DNA of 32,000 nt, taken from Delftia acidovorans NBRC 14950 (lineage in GTDB: Bacteria > Pseudomonadota > Gammaproteobacteria > Burkholderiales > Burkholderiaceae_C). Location of the stretch: assembly GCF_001598795.1 (NCBI RefSeq), contig NZ_BCZP01000026.1, positions 1 to 32,000 of the forward strand, read 5' to 3'. Positions within the stretch are counted from its first letter, which is position 1, and every line of letters starts with the position of its first letter. Both the position numbers and the translations under genes were made by a program. A model generated the notes under the pieces. The model saw nothing but the letters and a program-made list of their open reading frames with translations, was not told the DNA's origin and searched no databases. Shown one piece after another: positions 9,366 to 16,696 of this stretch.

Positions 9366-10064
9366 TCAGGAGCGGGTCGAATTGCGCTGACGATGCAGGG
9401 CCATGCCGCCGAGCAGTAGGCTCATCAACATCAGGCCATAGGTGTTGAGCGTGGGAATGCTGGCGGGCGATGTCACTACGGGAGCACCGATCTGCACGTT
9501 GCCGGGAACGGCACTGCCGCTGGGGTTGGATACCGTGGCTCCGGGGCCCAGAGTGACTACGGCCGTGCCGGGGCCCGACGAGGTCAGCACCACCGGCTTG
9601 CCGGGGGCGCCCAGCGTCAGCGTGCCCAGCACCGTGAGATTGGTGCCGGCGGGAAGCACGATGGTCGGGGGCGTCGGGCCGGTGCTGATCAGCGTCAGGT
9701 CCTTGACGACGATGTTGCCGCTGAGCGTCAGGGTCGTACCGGGTGCGCAGGTGTCTGAAAGCACCACGCTGCTGGTGCTCAGGTTCAGTGCCGATGCGCT
9801 GGTCAGGTCGCCGCCGACGTTGAGCACGCCGCCCGTGCCCGTCACCGAGGAGCCCGCATCGAAGCTCAAGGAGCCCGAGTCGAATGAGCCCGTACCCAGG
9901 GCCAGTTCCCCTCCCATCGAGACGGGGACGCAAAACGAAGTGAACGAGCCGCCGGCCAGATCGATGCTGGAGCCTGGAGGAAAAACGATCTGCCCCCACG
10001 CCGAGCCGCACAGCGCGGTGCCCAGGGCCAACGACGCAGCCCAACGTTTTCCAAAACCTGCCAT
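9366..10064 (-). CDS. IPTL-CTERM sorting-domain protein (secreted, Gly/Ser/Thr-rich repetitive body)
   Basis: It has a signal peptide ([24 protein letters not shown]|Q). The C-terminus ..[34 protein letters not shown] shows an IPTL motif, a TM helix and a basic tail. Its stop is 8 nt upstream of the collagen-like gene. Confidence 0.75.
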   Translation of the reverse strand: MAGFGKRWAASLALGTALCGSAWGQIVFPPGSSIDLAGGSFTSFCVPVSMGGELALGTGSFDSGSLSFDAGSSVTGTGGVLNVGGDLTSASALNLSTSSVVLSDTCAPGTTLTLSGNIVVKDLTLISTGPTPPTIVLPAGTNLTVLGTLTLGAPGKPVVLTSSGPGTAVVTLGPGATVSNPSGSAVPGNVQIGAPVVTSPASIPTLNTYGLMLMSLLLGGMALHRQRNSTRS

Positions 10065-10139
10065 GTGTATCCGCCCCTAAGTACAGGCGTTGCACGCCCA
10101 ATGTAATTTGTGATTCCAGGCACACCCAAGCGGACAAGC

Positions 10140-10307
10140 TCGGCTTGCCGAAGCCGGCCAAATGATGAGTTAGAAAGTAATTCTCATGTAATAAAAATTA
10201 ACAATTGATTAAGAAGTCTCACATCAAAAAAACTATCAATCATTGAAATTTCATGAACCTCTCAATCGCACAACCGCCCAAAGAAGGCGCGAACCAGAGA
10301 AAGCAAC
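10140..10307. promoter_or_regulatory. AT-rich intergenic region upstream of the IPTL-CTERM operon (probable promoter or regulatory region)
   Basis: This is the most AT-rich stretch of the window. It contains TTGAT..ATCAA-type half-site palindromes (10204..10248). It lies between the stop of small gene A and the IPTL-CTERM gene. Confidence 0.35.
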
Positions 10308-10538
10308 TCACGAGCGCCTTTGCTCGTGATGCTGGCTGCTTTCCTTGACGTCATTGAACCTGTAACGCAGTATCGGCTTGCGCTCCGGCAGCTCGGTGAG
10401 CCGGCTTTCCACCTGGCCCTCGCGCACGAGGTACTGCAGCGCCCAATCGAGCTCCCCCTTGCTGCGGCCCAAGGTCAGGATCAGTTCGGAATGGAAGAAC
10501 CAGCGCCCAGGGGCCTGGCGTAGAAACTGCAGCAGCAC
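10308..10538 (-). CDS. Small winged-helix-like protein, paralog A (GTG start; possibly an N-terminally truncated copy)
   Basis: The 76-aa product ..LLQFLRQAPGRWFFHSELILTLGRSKGELDWALQYLVREGQVESRLTELPERKPILRY.. is about 80% identical to the product of 11547..11867. No upstream in-frame ATG exists. Confidence 0.45.
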   Translation of the reverse strand: MLLQFLRQAPGRWFFHSELILTLGRSKGELDWALQYLVREGQVESRLTELPERKPILRYRFNDVKESSQHHEQRRS

Positions 10539-10693
10539 GTCAGTGCCACTGCCCGGGCGGATGACTCCCGCAGGGCCGGTATGTGCGGTACCGCACAGCG
10601 CCGCTGGGCACGGCCCGTAAGATGAAATGGCGTCATTCCTATTGTCTTCACACTCTCTTGAAGAGGCGGGATGACTGCCCTGGGGTTTCCTTT

Positions 10694-11413
10694 ATGTCCA
10701 CTACCGCCGCATCCACGGGCAATTATTTGCTCGCCTCCTTGTCGCCTGGGCCATGGCAGCGGTGGGAGCCTGCGCTGGAGCCCGTGGAGCTCGCGCTAGG
10801 CCAAGTGCTTTATGAAGCAGACCGGGTCATGAGCCACGTGTACTTTCCCACGACCGCGATCGTCTCACTACTGTACGTGATGGAGAACGGTGCGTCGGCA
10901 GAGATCGCGGTGGTGGGCAACGAAGGGATTGTGGGCGTTTCCCTCTTCATAGGCGGAGGGTCCACTACCAGCAGGGCGGTCGTGCAAAGTGCCGGCAGGG
11001 CCTACCGGTTGAACGTGGGCGCCATGCATGCAGAGTTCGAGCGCGGCAGTCCCGTGCTTCACCCGCTGCTGCGCTACACGCAGGCGTTGATCACCCAGAT
11101 GGCCCAGACTGCCGTCTGCAACTGCCACCATTCACTTGACCAGCAACTCTGCCGCTGGCTGCTGCTGAGCCTGGATAGGCTTCAGGGCGCGGACCTGGTT
11201 ATGACGCAGGAGCTCATATCCAACATGCTGGGCGTGCGCCCCGATGGCGTGACCGAGGCCGCGCTGAAGCTTCAGCGCGCCGAGATCATCCACTATTCGC
11301 GTGGCCGCATCAGTGTGCTGGACCGTACGGGCCTGGAGCAGCGCTCCTGCGAGTGCTATGCGGTGGTGAGAAAAGAGTACGACCGCTTGCTGCCGGAAAT
11401 CACGGCTTGCTAG
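10694..11413 (+). CDS. Crp/Fnr-family transcriptional regulator
   Basis: From the ATG at 10694 the product is 239 aa. It has a cNMP-binding-like beta-roll region (..YFPTTAIVSLLYVMENGASAEIAVVGNEGIVG..) and a C-terminal HTH (..TQELISNMLGVRPDGVTEAALKLQRAEIIHYSRGRISVLD..). Confidence 0.85.
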   Translation: MSTTAASTGNYLLASLSPGPWQRWEPALEPVELALGQVLYEADRVMSHVYFPTTAIVSLLYVMENGASAEIAVVGNEGIVGVSLFIGGGSTTSRAVVQSAGRAYRLNVGAMHAEFERGSPVLHPLLRYTQALITQMAQTAVCNCHHSLDQQLCRWLLLSLDRLQGADLVMTQELISNMLGVRPDGVTEAALKLQRAEIIHYSRGRISVLDRTGLEQRSCECYAVVRKEYDRLLPEITAC

Positions 11414-11546
11414 GACGTGTCATCGCGATTTCCTCTATCGGGATTACAAAGCGGTTGTGTGCTGACAGTCTTAGACAGTGCAGTCGCCGCGTTACTGAGT
11501 TGGCAAATCACTAGGGATATTCTGGAATCCGGGGGCTATCTCACCA

Positions 11547-11867
11547 TCACCGTTGTCTTGAAATTCCTGGAGTCTCCTGCATCATGTAGCGCAGCACCGG
11601 CTTACGCGCCGGCAGCTCCGTGAGCCGGCTCTGCACCAGGCCCTCGCGCACCAGATAGCCCAGCGCCCAATCGATTTCCCCCTTGCTGCGCCCCAGGGCA
11701 AGAATCAGCTCGGCGTGAAAGAACCACCGTCCCGGGGCCTGGCGTAGAAACCGCAACAGTACGTCAGTGCCACTCCCCGGGCGTATGACGCCTTGAGGAC
11801 GCGGGTTGTTGCGGCGCGTGCCCTCCTCCTCCTGCCGGCCCTCCAGTTGACCAGCCATCCAGTCCAT
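11547..11867 (-). CDS. Small winged-helix-like protein, paralog B (full length)
   Basis: From the ATG at 11867 the product MDWMAGQLEGRQEEEGTRRNNPRPQGVIRPGSGTDVLLRFLRQAPGRWFFHAELILALGRSKGEIDWALGYLVREGLVQSRLTELPARKPVLRY.. is 106 aa. It is the 3' part of the spurious 452-aa track ORF. Confidence 0.55.
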   Translation of the reverse strand: MDWMAGQLEGRQEEEGTRRNNPRPQGVIRPGSGTDVLLRFLRQAPGRWFFHAELILALGRSKGEIDWALGYLVREGLVQSRLTELPARKPVLRYMMQETPGISRQR

Positions 11868-11950
11868 ACAGTTCAATCGGGGCCACCTTCTTGTTTTCGT
11901 TCGTCGTCGCGGTTCATCTTCGCGGCCTTGGTTTCCAAGATGGTCCTCTT

Positions 11951-12517
11951 TCAAAAATCCAGAATCGGCGTGGCGTTCAGCAGGCCCAGCGCCCACAGCA
12001 CAGCGGCGCGGTCGCGGGCATCGGTGTTGGGAGCGCCGGCCAGCGCACGCCATTCCAGGACCTGGCGCAGGTGCGCGGCCATGAACGCGGCTTCCTTGCG
12101 CGCGGCCGGCGCAGGCCCCTGGTCCAGCCAGGTATGGCACGCGGCGCAGCCCCAGGCGCTGTAGTGGTCGTCGGCCTTCCTGCGCTCCCCCTTCCCGTGG
12201 ATGGACAAATTGCTGTGGCAGCAGACGACCGTGGTGCTGTCGTTTGTGCAGATCCCGGGGACCAGCAACAGGCACTGCTGACCCTTGGCCAGCGCACGCA
12301 GGCGCGGGTTGCGCCGGGGCACGGTCTTCGGCGCGGGCACGACCTGGTGCTGGTCGATGAGGGCCACTGTGGCGGCGCGCGGCCGGGCTTCCGCCATGGC
12401 GCGGGCGGCGCGGGCCTCCAGGCGCTGCTCGCGCGCCAGCTCGTGGGCGCCCTGGGACGCAGGAGCGGCCCGCCGGCGAAACCCTGCCCCGCCGGACTTG
12501 ATGGCAGTGCGGCGCAT
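11951..12517 (-). CDS. YbcO/DUF1364-like phage protein (Cys/His-rich putative nuclease)
   Basis: This is the internal ATG at 12517. The region ..QQCLLLVPGICTNDSTTVVCCHSNLSIHGKGERRKADDHYSAWGCAACHTWLD.. resembles the lambdoid nin-region YbcO family, recalled from memory. Its start overlaps the upstream stop. Confidence 0.55.
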   Translation of the reverse strand: MRRTAIKSGGAGFRRRAAPASQGAHELAREQRLEARAARAMAEARPRAATVALIDQHQVVPAPKTVPRRNPRLRALAKGQQCLLLVPGICTNDSTTVVCCHSNLSIHGKGERRKADDHYSAWGCAACHTWLDQGPAPAARKEAAFMAAHLRQVLEWRALAGAPNTDARDRAAVLWALGLLNATPILDF

Positions 12518-12930
12518 CAGGACTGCAGCTCCATGAACAGGCCCAGCTGGTGGCCGCCCTGCTCCACCAGCCCACGGCGGGCCAGCGCACCGGCACGCCA
12601 GCGGGCGCGCATGGCCTCGGCCTGGAGTCCGGTGATTTCGGTCCTGCGGTCGCCGCTGTCGTGGCCTGGGCAGTAGTCGATGCTCTCTGCCCAAGAGCCA
12701 TGGCCGCGCATCCGGAAGAACATCGTCCCAGCGCTGTGGACACAGGCCTGGCACAACGGCGCATCGCAGGTATGGACTGCGCGGTACCGGATGGGGATCG
12801 CGTGCGACGGCGCCGCCAAAAGGTGCGGCGCCTTCTTCTCCAGCTCGCCCCGCTTGCGCTCCCAGCCCAGCCAGGTATCGCACAGCAATTCGGCCTTGCC
12901 GCCACAGAACAGGCATTTGCGCGCGGTCAT
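12517..12930 (-). CDS. Cys-rich hypothetical phage protein (putative zinc-binding)
   Basis: From the ATG at 12930 the product begins MTARKCLFCGGKAELLCD.., and CxxC-type motifs recur (..CDAPLCQAC..). It is coupled by overlaps at both ends. Confidence 0.5.
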   Translation of the reverse strand: MTARKCLFCGGKAELLCDTWLGWERKRGELEKKAPHLLAAPSHAIPIRYRAVHTCDAPLCQACVHSAGTMFFRMRGHGSWAESIDYCPGHDSGDRRTEITGLQAEAMRARWRAGALARRGLVEQGGHQLGLFMELQS

Positions 12931-13427
12931 GGGCACACCCCGCCAATCACCTCGCCCGTGTCCGGGTGGGTCTGCTCGCGCTCCCACTCCTCAAACGTGG
13001 CCGGGAACTCGACCTTCAAGTCATCGATGGCGTGCGCCATCACGCGGTCGATCAGGTCGCCGTACTCGCGCACGCACAGGCTCTCCGTGCTGATGCGCTC
13101 CTGCGTGGTGGTCGTGGCGCCGCTGATCGGGTCATGGTGCGTCACCGCGCGGCTGCCAAGGTACTCGGCGCGGAAGTGTTCCTTCCAAGTGGCCTTTGAA
13201 TGCCGGCGGCCGTCGATGACCACCTGGCGCGCGATCTCTGCCAGCACGAAGTCGTGATAGAAGGTCCGCTGCCGGTCGGTCTTGGCGTCCTCGTGCAGAC
13301 GCACGAACACCTCCAGCCGGCGGCCAGCCTCCCACTGCTGCATGCACCAGGGCGCCACGCGCTGCAGGAAGTTGGCCCGGGCCTGCTCAGGGCCATCCCA
13401 GCGGGCGTGCAGGGCAATTTCAGCCAT
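12927..13427 (-). CDS. NinB/Orf-like recombination mediator
   Basis: The ATG at 13427 has a GAGGAGG SD. The segment ..LEVFVRLHEDAKTDRQRTFYHDFVLAEIARQVVIDGRRHSKATWKEHF.. parallels the lambda NinB pattern, recalled from memory. Confidence 0.55.
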   Translation of the reverse strand: MAEIALHARWDGPEQARANFLQRVAPWCMQQWEAGRRLEVFVRLHEDAKTDRQRTFYHDFVLAEIARQVVIDGRRHSKATWKEHFRAEYLGSRAVTHHDPISGATTTTQERISTESLCVREYGDLIDRVMAHAIDDLKVEFPATFEEWEREQTHPDTGEVIGGVCP

Positions 13428-13884
13428 GGCGGCCTCCTCGAAGATCCGCAGCGCGACGGAATGGCCAGGCCACCATGGCCGCATCGCGGCTGTGCTCGTT
13501 GCTCGGGCCCGTCCAGCCCGTGATCGCGGCGAAGCGCTTCGCATCCAGCTTGCTGCCCTTCCCTGCCGGGCTGATGCCGTGGGCGGGGATGCCAAGGTCT
13601 GCACAGTGCGCCGTGATGTCCGCACAGCGCGCGTCCACCTGCCCCACGTTGCGCGCCATCTTGGCGCTGGCGGCGCCGGTCTTGCCGCGCGTCCAGGTGT
13701 GCGACTGCAGCCTGCTGTCCTCGAAGACCACGCGCGACGGCATGTGCGCGGCCAGCGTGCGCTCGATGTGGTGCGGGGGGATCGTCAGTAGCTCAACCAG
13801 CTGGCCATCCACGTAGACGGCCACGCCCGTGTTTGCGCCAGGGTCCATGCCCAGCACCACAGTGCCTTGTTGCTCTGTTGCCAT
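13420..13884 (-). CDS. RuvC-like Holliday-junction resolvase
   Basis: From the ATG at 13884 the product reads MATEQQGTVVLGMDPGANTGVAV.. and ends ..NEHSRDAAMVA.., which fits the catalytic acidic-residue layout of RuvC-fold resolvases. Confidence 0.7.
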   Translation of the reverse strand: MATEQQGTVVLGMDPGANTGVAVYVDGQLVELLTIPPHHIERTLAAHMPSRVVFEDSRLQSHTWTRGKTGAASAKMARNVGQVDARCADITAHCADLGIPAHGISPAGKGSKLDAKRFAAITGWTGPSNEHSRDAAMVAWPFRRAADLRGGRHG

Positions 13885-13891
13885 GGAACCC

Positions 13892-14401
13892 TCAGACGAC
13901 GATGAAATCATGGGTGTCGCGGCCGTAGCCGTTCACCAGCAACTCGCGCAGGCGGCGCTCGGTCGCCCGATGCGCGCGGATGTAGGTTCGGGCCGGGGTC
14001 TGCTGCAGCATCTGCGCATAGGCCTCGCCGAACTCCTGCAGGTGCTCCAGCTGCTCGGGGCGCAGCTGCATGCGCTCATCGCTGCCGTGCTGGCGGCCCA
14101 GCGTCACCACAGCGGCCACGCCGTCGCGGAACAGGTTGCCCGGGTCATCGAACACACGCATGTCCAGCAGCGTTTCAGCCAGGTTCGCCGCGTCGGCCAG
14201 CACGCGCCAGTGCTCCACGTCGGCGGCACCAGCGGCCACGGCCTGCACAGCAGCTGCGCACGCGGCGGTGATGGGTGCCAGCTTGCGCTGGTGCAGCGGG
14301 CGCACCTCGCTGGCGGAAAGCTCCTCGGCCACGCTGTAGCCGTAGCTCATCTGCAGGTAGGCGCGGGTAGCGGTGGGTTGCAAATTCGGTTGCATGGTCA
14401 T
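13892..14401 (-). CDS. Hypothetical phage protein
   Basis: The 169-aa ORF sits in a coupled operon context, with its start overlapping the upstream stop. I recognise no family. Confidence 0.5.
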   Translation of the reverse strand: MTMQPNLQPTATRAYLQMSYGYSVAEELSASEVRPLHQRKLAPITAACAAAVQAVAAGAADVEHWRVLADAANLAETLLDMRVFDDPGNLFRDGVAAVVTLGRQHGSDERMQLRPEQLEHLQEFGEAYAQMLQQTPARTYIRAHRATERRLRELLVNGYGRDTHDFIVV

Positions 14402-14598
14402 TTCGTGGAAAGGGCCAGGTGGTACACGCCGAAGCGGTCAGGCTCGGGGCTTTGAGGGCGGACGTGGCCAGCGCGGAATGCGGCTTCGGCCTCGACCTGG
14501 TTTACGGAGATCTCCCGGCCGCGCTGGACCGCATAGAAGCGGAACCCGGGCCGGTAGCGCAGCACGGCGCCTGTCTTGAGCAGCTGCAGCAAAGTCAT
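14398..14598 (-). CDS. Hypothetical small phage protein
   Basis: The 66-aa ORF has ATGA overlaps at both ends. Confidence 0.45.
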   Translation of the reverse strand: MTLLQLLKTGAVLRYRPGFRFYAVQRGREISVNQVEAEAAFRAGHVRPQSPEPDRFGVYHLALSTK

Positions 14599-15134
14599 CG
14601 CGGCCAGCCCTCCATGCCCAGGGCCTGCATAGCGGCGCGGATGGCGGTGCGCGTCAGCGTCTGGTCACCGGCCTGCACGCGCGCCACGATGCGGCGGGAC
14701 CAGTCCTTGCCATCGCCCTGCGGCTCGATCTGGACATGCACAGGCGCTGCGTTGGGTGCAGGCAGGGCCAGCCAACCATGCTCCTCGGCGTGCGTCTTGC
14801 GGGGCGTGGCGGCCCTGCACATGGCCTCGAACTGCGGCAGATGTGGCGGGTAGTCCGGGTGCTCTGCCGTGAGGCGCGCCACAGCGGACTCGATCACGTC
14901 GGGCGTGTACTTGGCCAGCGTCGTGCGCCAGACGCGCATCGCAGCGCGCACGCCCAGGTCGCGGCCTTGGTCGTCCAACACGCCCGTGGCGAACTTGCTC
15001 AGGAACAACGACCCGTAGCAGCCCTGCATCACGAGGAACAGGTTCTTCACGGCCGGGTTCGCGGCGGCCTGGTCCGCAGGCTCTCGCGCACCATCGCGCA
15101 GCGCTGCCGGTGCCAGCGCAGAAATTTTTTGCAT
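14595..15134 (-). CDS. Replication protein P-like (putative helicase loader)
   Basis: The 179-aa product contains ..MRVWRTTLAKYTPDVIESAVARLTAEHPDYPPHLPQFEAMCR... This parallels lambda P ..RRQWVLAFRENG..RPFLPSPGQFVAWCR.., recalled from memory. It lies directly downstream of the DUF1376 gene. Confidence 0.5.
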   Translation of the reverse strand: MQKISALAPAALRDGAREPADQAAANPAVKNLFLVMQGCYGSLFLSKFATGVLDDQGRDLGVRAAMRVWRTTLAKYTPDVIESAVARLTAEHPDYPPHLPQFEAMCRAATPRKTHAEEHGWLALPAPNAAPVHVQIEPQGDGKDWSRRIVARVQAGDQTLTRTAIRAAMQALGMEGWPR

Positions 15135-15137
15135 TGC

Positions 15138-16076
15138 TCAGTCCCCCACGATGGCCGCATAGGCGGCGCTGTGCTTGTTGTTGCCCCGGGTGGCGCGCTC
15201 GCCCTTCTCCCGCATGCAAGTCGCCTTCAGGTATTCCACGGGGTCCACCGGCCGCGCCACGACCGCAGCACGCACGGCATCGACCACGATCTGGTCGCCG
15301 TAGTCCTTGACCAGCTTTCCCACGAACGAGCCGCACTGAGCCGGCGGCAGGCCTGCCTGAGCCAGCAGCGACTTGCCCGCACGCCACAGCTCGTCCTTCG
15401 TCATCTCGCCCGGCGGCTTGGCGGCGACGCCGCCCGTAGCGTTAGCTACGGAATAAAGAGTTCCCTCTCCCTCTCCTTCTCCCTCTCTGTTCCCTCTAAG
15501 AGCGTTTTCCGCTGGAACTTGGCCGGAAGTCGCACCGTTTTCCGGGCGATTTCCGGCGGAAATCGCTTGGGGCTCCGGTGGAATTCCGTGGGGGTAGGCG
15601 CCGGAATTCCACTGCTCCGGCGTTGGAATTCCGAACAGGGGCTTGCCGGATTTCTCCCGCGCCTTGTTCTCTTTCCGCAGGCGGTCCAGGAACTTTCCGT
15701 AGGCGTGCCGCCGCTTCGCCGCGCCCGCAGCCACGGCCTTCTCCGCGATCACGGGGTGGTACAGACGGCCATCGCTGCACTTCACGAAGCCAGACAGTGC
15801 TTCGGCTCGCACCTTCTTCCATTCGCGCACGCTGATCGGCATGCGGCCGTAGCCGGCCAGGTTGGCCAGCTCCACGTCGTCATCGGGCAGCGAGGCAGCG
15901 GGAATCTGGTGCCAGGCCGCGCACCACAGCAGCACCCCAGCGCGGAACGCATCACCGTTGGGCGTCGATGCAAAACGCGAGTCGCGCAGGCGCCGAACAT
16001 CCAGCTCCATGTACGGGAAGTCGCTCAAGTCGCAGTCCGCGGGCACAAGTGGGTCAGGAAGCTGTTGCTCGGGCAT
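15138..16076 (-). CDS. DUF1376 (YdaU-like) phage replication-associated protein
   Basis: The ATG at 16076 has a GAGGTGGGGA SD. The N-terminus reads ..DFPYMELDVRRLRDSRFASTPNGDAFRAGVLLWCAAWHQIPAASLPDD... A low-complexity linker (GIPTPEQWNSGAYPHGIPPEPQ..GEGEGEG) coincides with the DNA repeats listed next. Confidence 0.75.
   Translation of the reverse strand: MPEQQLPDPLVPADCDLSDFPYMELDVRRLRDSRFASTPNGDAFRAGVLLWCAAWHQIPAASLPDDDVELANLAGYGRMPISVREWKKVRAEALSGFVKCSDGRLYHPVIAEKAVAAGAAKRRHAYGKFLDRLRKENKAREKSGKPLFGIPTPEQWNSGAYPHGIPPEPQAISAGNRPENGATSGQVPAENALRGNREGEGEGEGTLYSVANATGGVAAKPPGEMTKDELWRAGKSLLAQAGLPPAQCGSFVGKLVKDYGDQIVVDAVRAAVVARPVDPVEYLKATCMREKGERATRGNNKHSAAYAAIVGD
15461..15660. repeat. Iteron-like repeat cluster inside the DUF1376 gene (candidate phage origin)
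   Basis: GGAATTCC occurs at 15580, 15603 and 15625, a spacing of 23 and 22 bp. CGTTTTCCG occurs at 15503 and 15536. A near-palindrome CGATTTCCGGCGGAAATCG spans 15547..15565. A 28-nt pure pyrimidine tract spans 15461..15488. Confidence 0.5.
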
Positions 16077-16419
16077 TCCCCACCTCTTCCTCGGCCGCAG
16101 GCAGACCAAAGGTCTCCGGCGGGGCTCCAAGCGCTTCCACCAGCAGCGGATTGCCCCGCAGTTGGCGCACGATCAGACTTGCCTCATGCAACGCTTCTTT
16201 CGCATGCTCTTCCAGCAGCGCTTCGATATAGGTCGGGCGCTCCATGCCCTTGGCCCGGGCCAGCGCGTCGAGAACGCGCAGGGTGTTGGCGTCGCACTGT
16301 TGACGCAGCTCCATGGTGTCGGAGCAGCTGGTGCGACCGGCGCCGCGGGCGAAAGCAACTATCCGTTGCGATGCACGGCGAAGCACTGACTGCGGTGAGC
16401 TGGAACGGACTTCAAGCAT
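16054..16419 (-). CDS. Ribbon-helix-helix-like small regulator in the cII position
   Basis: The ATG at 16419 has a GGAAGGAG SD. The C-terminal segment ..ELRQQCDANTLRVLDALARAKGMERPTYIEALLEEH.. looks RHH-like. The gene overlaps the cro-like stop and the DUF1376 start. Confidence 0.45.
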   Translation of the reverse strand: MLEVRSSSPQSVLRRASQRIVAFARGAGRTSCSDTMELRQQCDANTLRVLDALARAKGMERPTYIEALLEEHAKEALHEASLIVRQLRGNPLLVEALGAPPETFGLPAAEEEVGNARATAS

Positions 16420-16624
16420 TGAGTCCTGCTCCTTCCACAGCGTTGCGCAAGGCCGGCCGATCAGCAAGCAGCCGCCCTTCGGTAGCCAACTGAATTTGGT
16501 ACTGGCGACCGTCAGGTATGTGGCCTTGCTCGACCCATCCCGAGATCGAGGATTGCGCACATCCCAGAGCACGGGCGGCAAGCGCCTGGGTCTTGAAGTA
16601 GGTGATGAGTTCGGAGGGTGTCAT
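16412..16624 (-). CDS. Cro/YdaS-like HTH protein
   Basis: From the ATG at 16624 the product MTPSELITYFKTQALAARALGCAQSSISGWVEQGHIPDGRQYQIQLATEG.. is 70 aa. It is divergent from the CI-like gene. The track TTG start at 16660 coincides with a -35 hexamer. Confidence 0.65.
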   Translation of the reverse strand: MTPSELITYFKTQALAARALGCAQSSISGWVEQGHIPDGRQYQIQLATEGRLLADRPALRNAVEGAGLNA

Positions 16625-16628
16625 GCCA

Positions 16629-16684
16629 CCGATTATTCGGTATTCCGATAAATCGGTCAACGAAAAAACATCGATTTTCCGAAT
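16629..16684. promoter_or_regulatory. OR-like operator cluster between the cro-like and CI-like genes
   Basis: CCGA and TCGG alternate every 8 bp across 16629..16656, a span that includes ATTCGGTATTCCGAT (16635..16649). A degenerate copy, ATCGATTTTCCGAAT, lies at 16670..16684. Confidence 0.55.
16632..16660 (-). promoter_or_regulatory. Sigma70-type promoter for the cro-like operon (TTGACC-N17-AATAAT)
   Basis: The -35 hexamer is at 16660..16655 and the -10 hexamer at 16637..16632. Only 7 nt separate the -10 from the ATG at 16624. The promoter overlaps the operator repeats. Confidence 0.55.
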
Positions 16685-16696
16685 TTTTAAGGATGG

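Noticed and set aside
9358-10161. The N-terminal 268 aa of the 594-aa track ORF 8377..10161 (-).
   Set aside because: This part overlaps the well-supported IPTL-CTERM gene in another frame and is Arg/Gly/Pro-rich. The collagen-like protein has a proper signal peptide starting at the internal ATG at 9357.
11868-12905. The upstream 346 aa of the 452-aa track ORF 11547..12905 (-), and the N-terminal 143 aa of ORF 11951..12946.
   Set aside because: These parts are Arg/Pro/Ala-rich read-through frames that overlap the coupled YbcO-like and Cys-rich genes. Only their 3' portions look like proteins.
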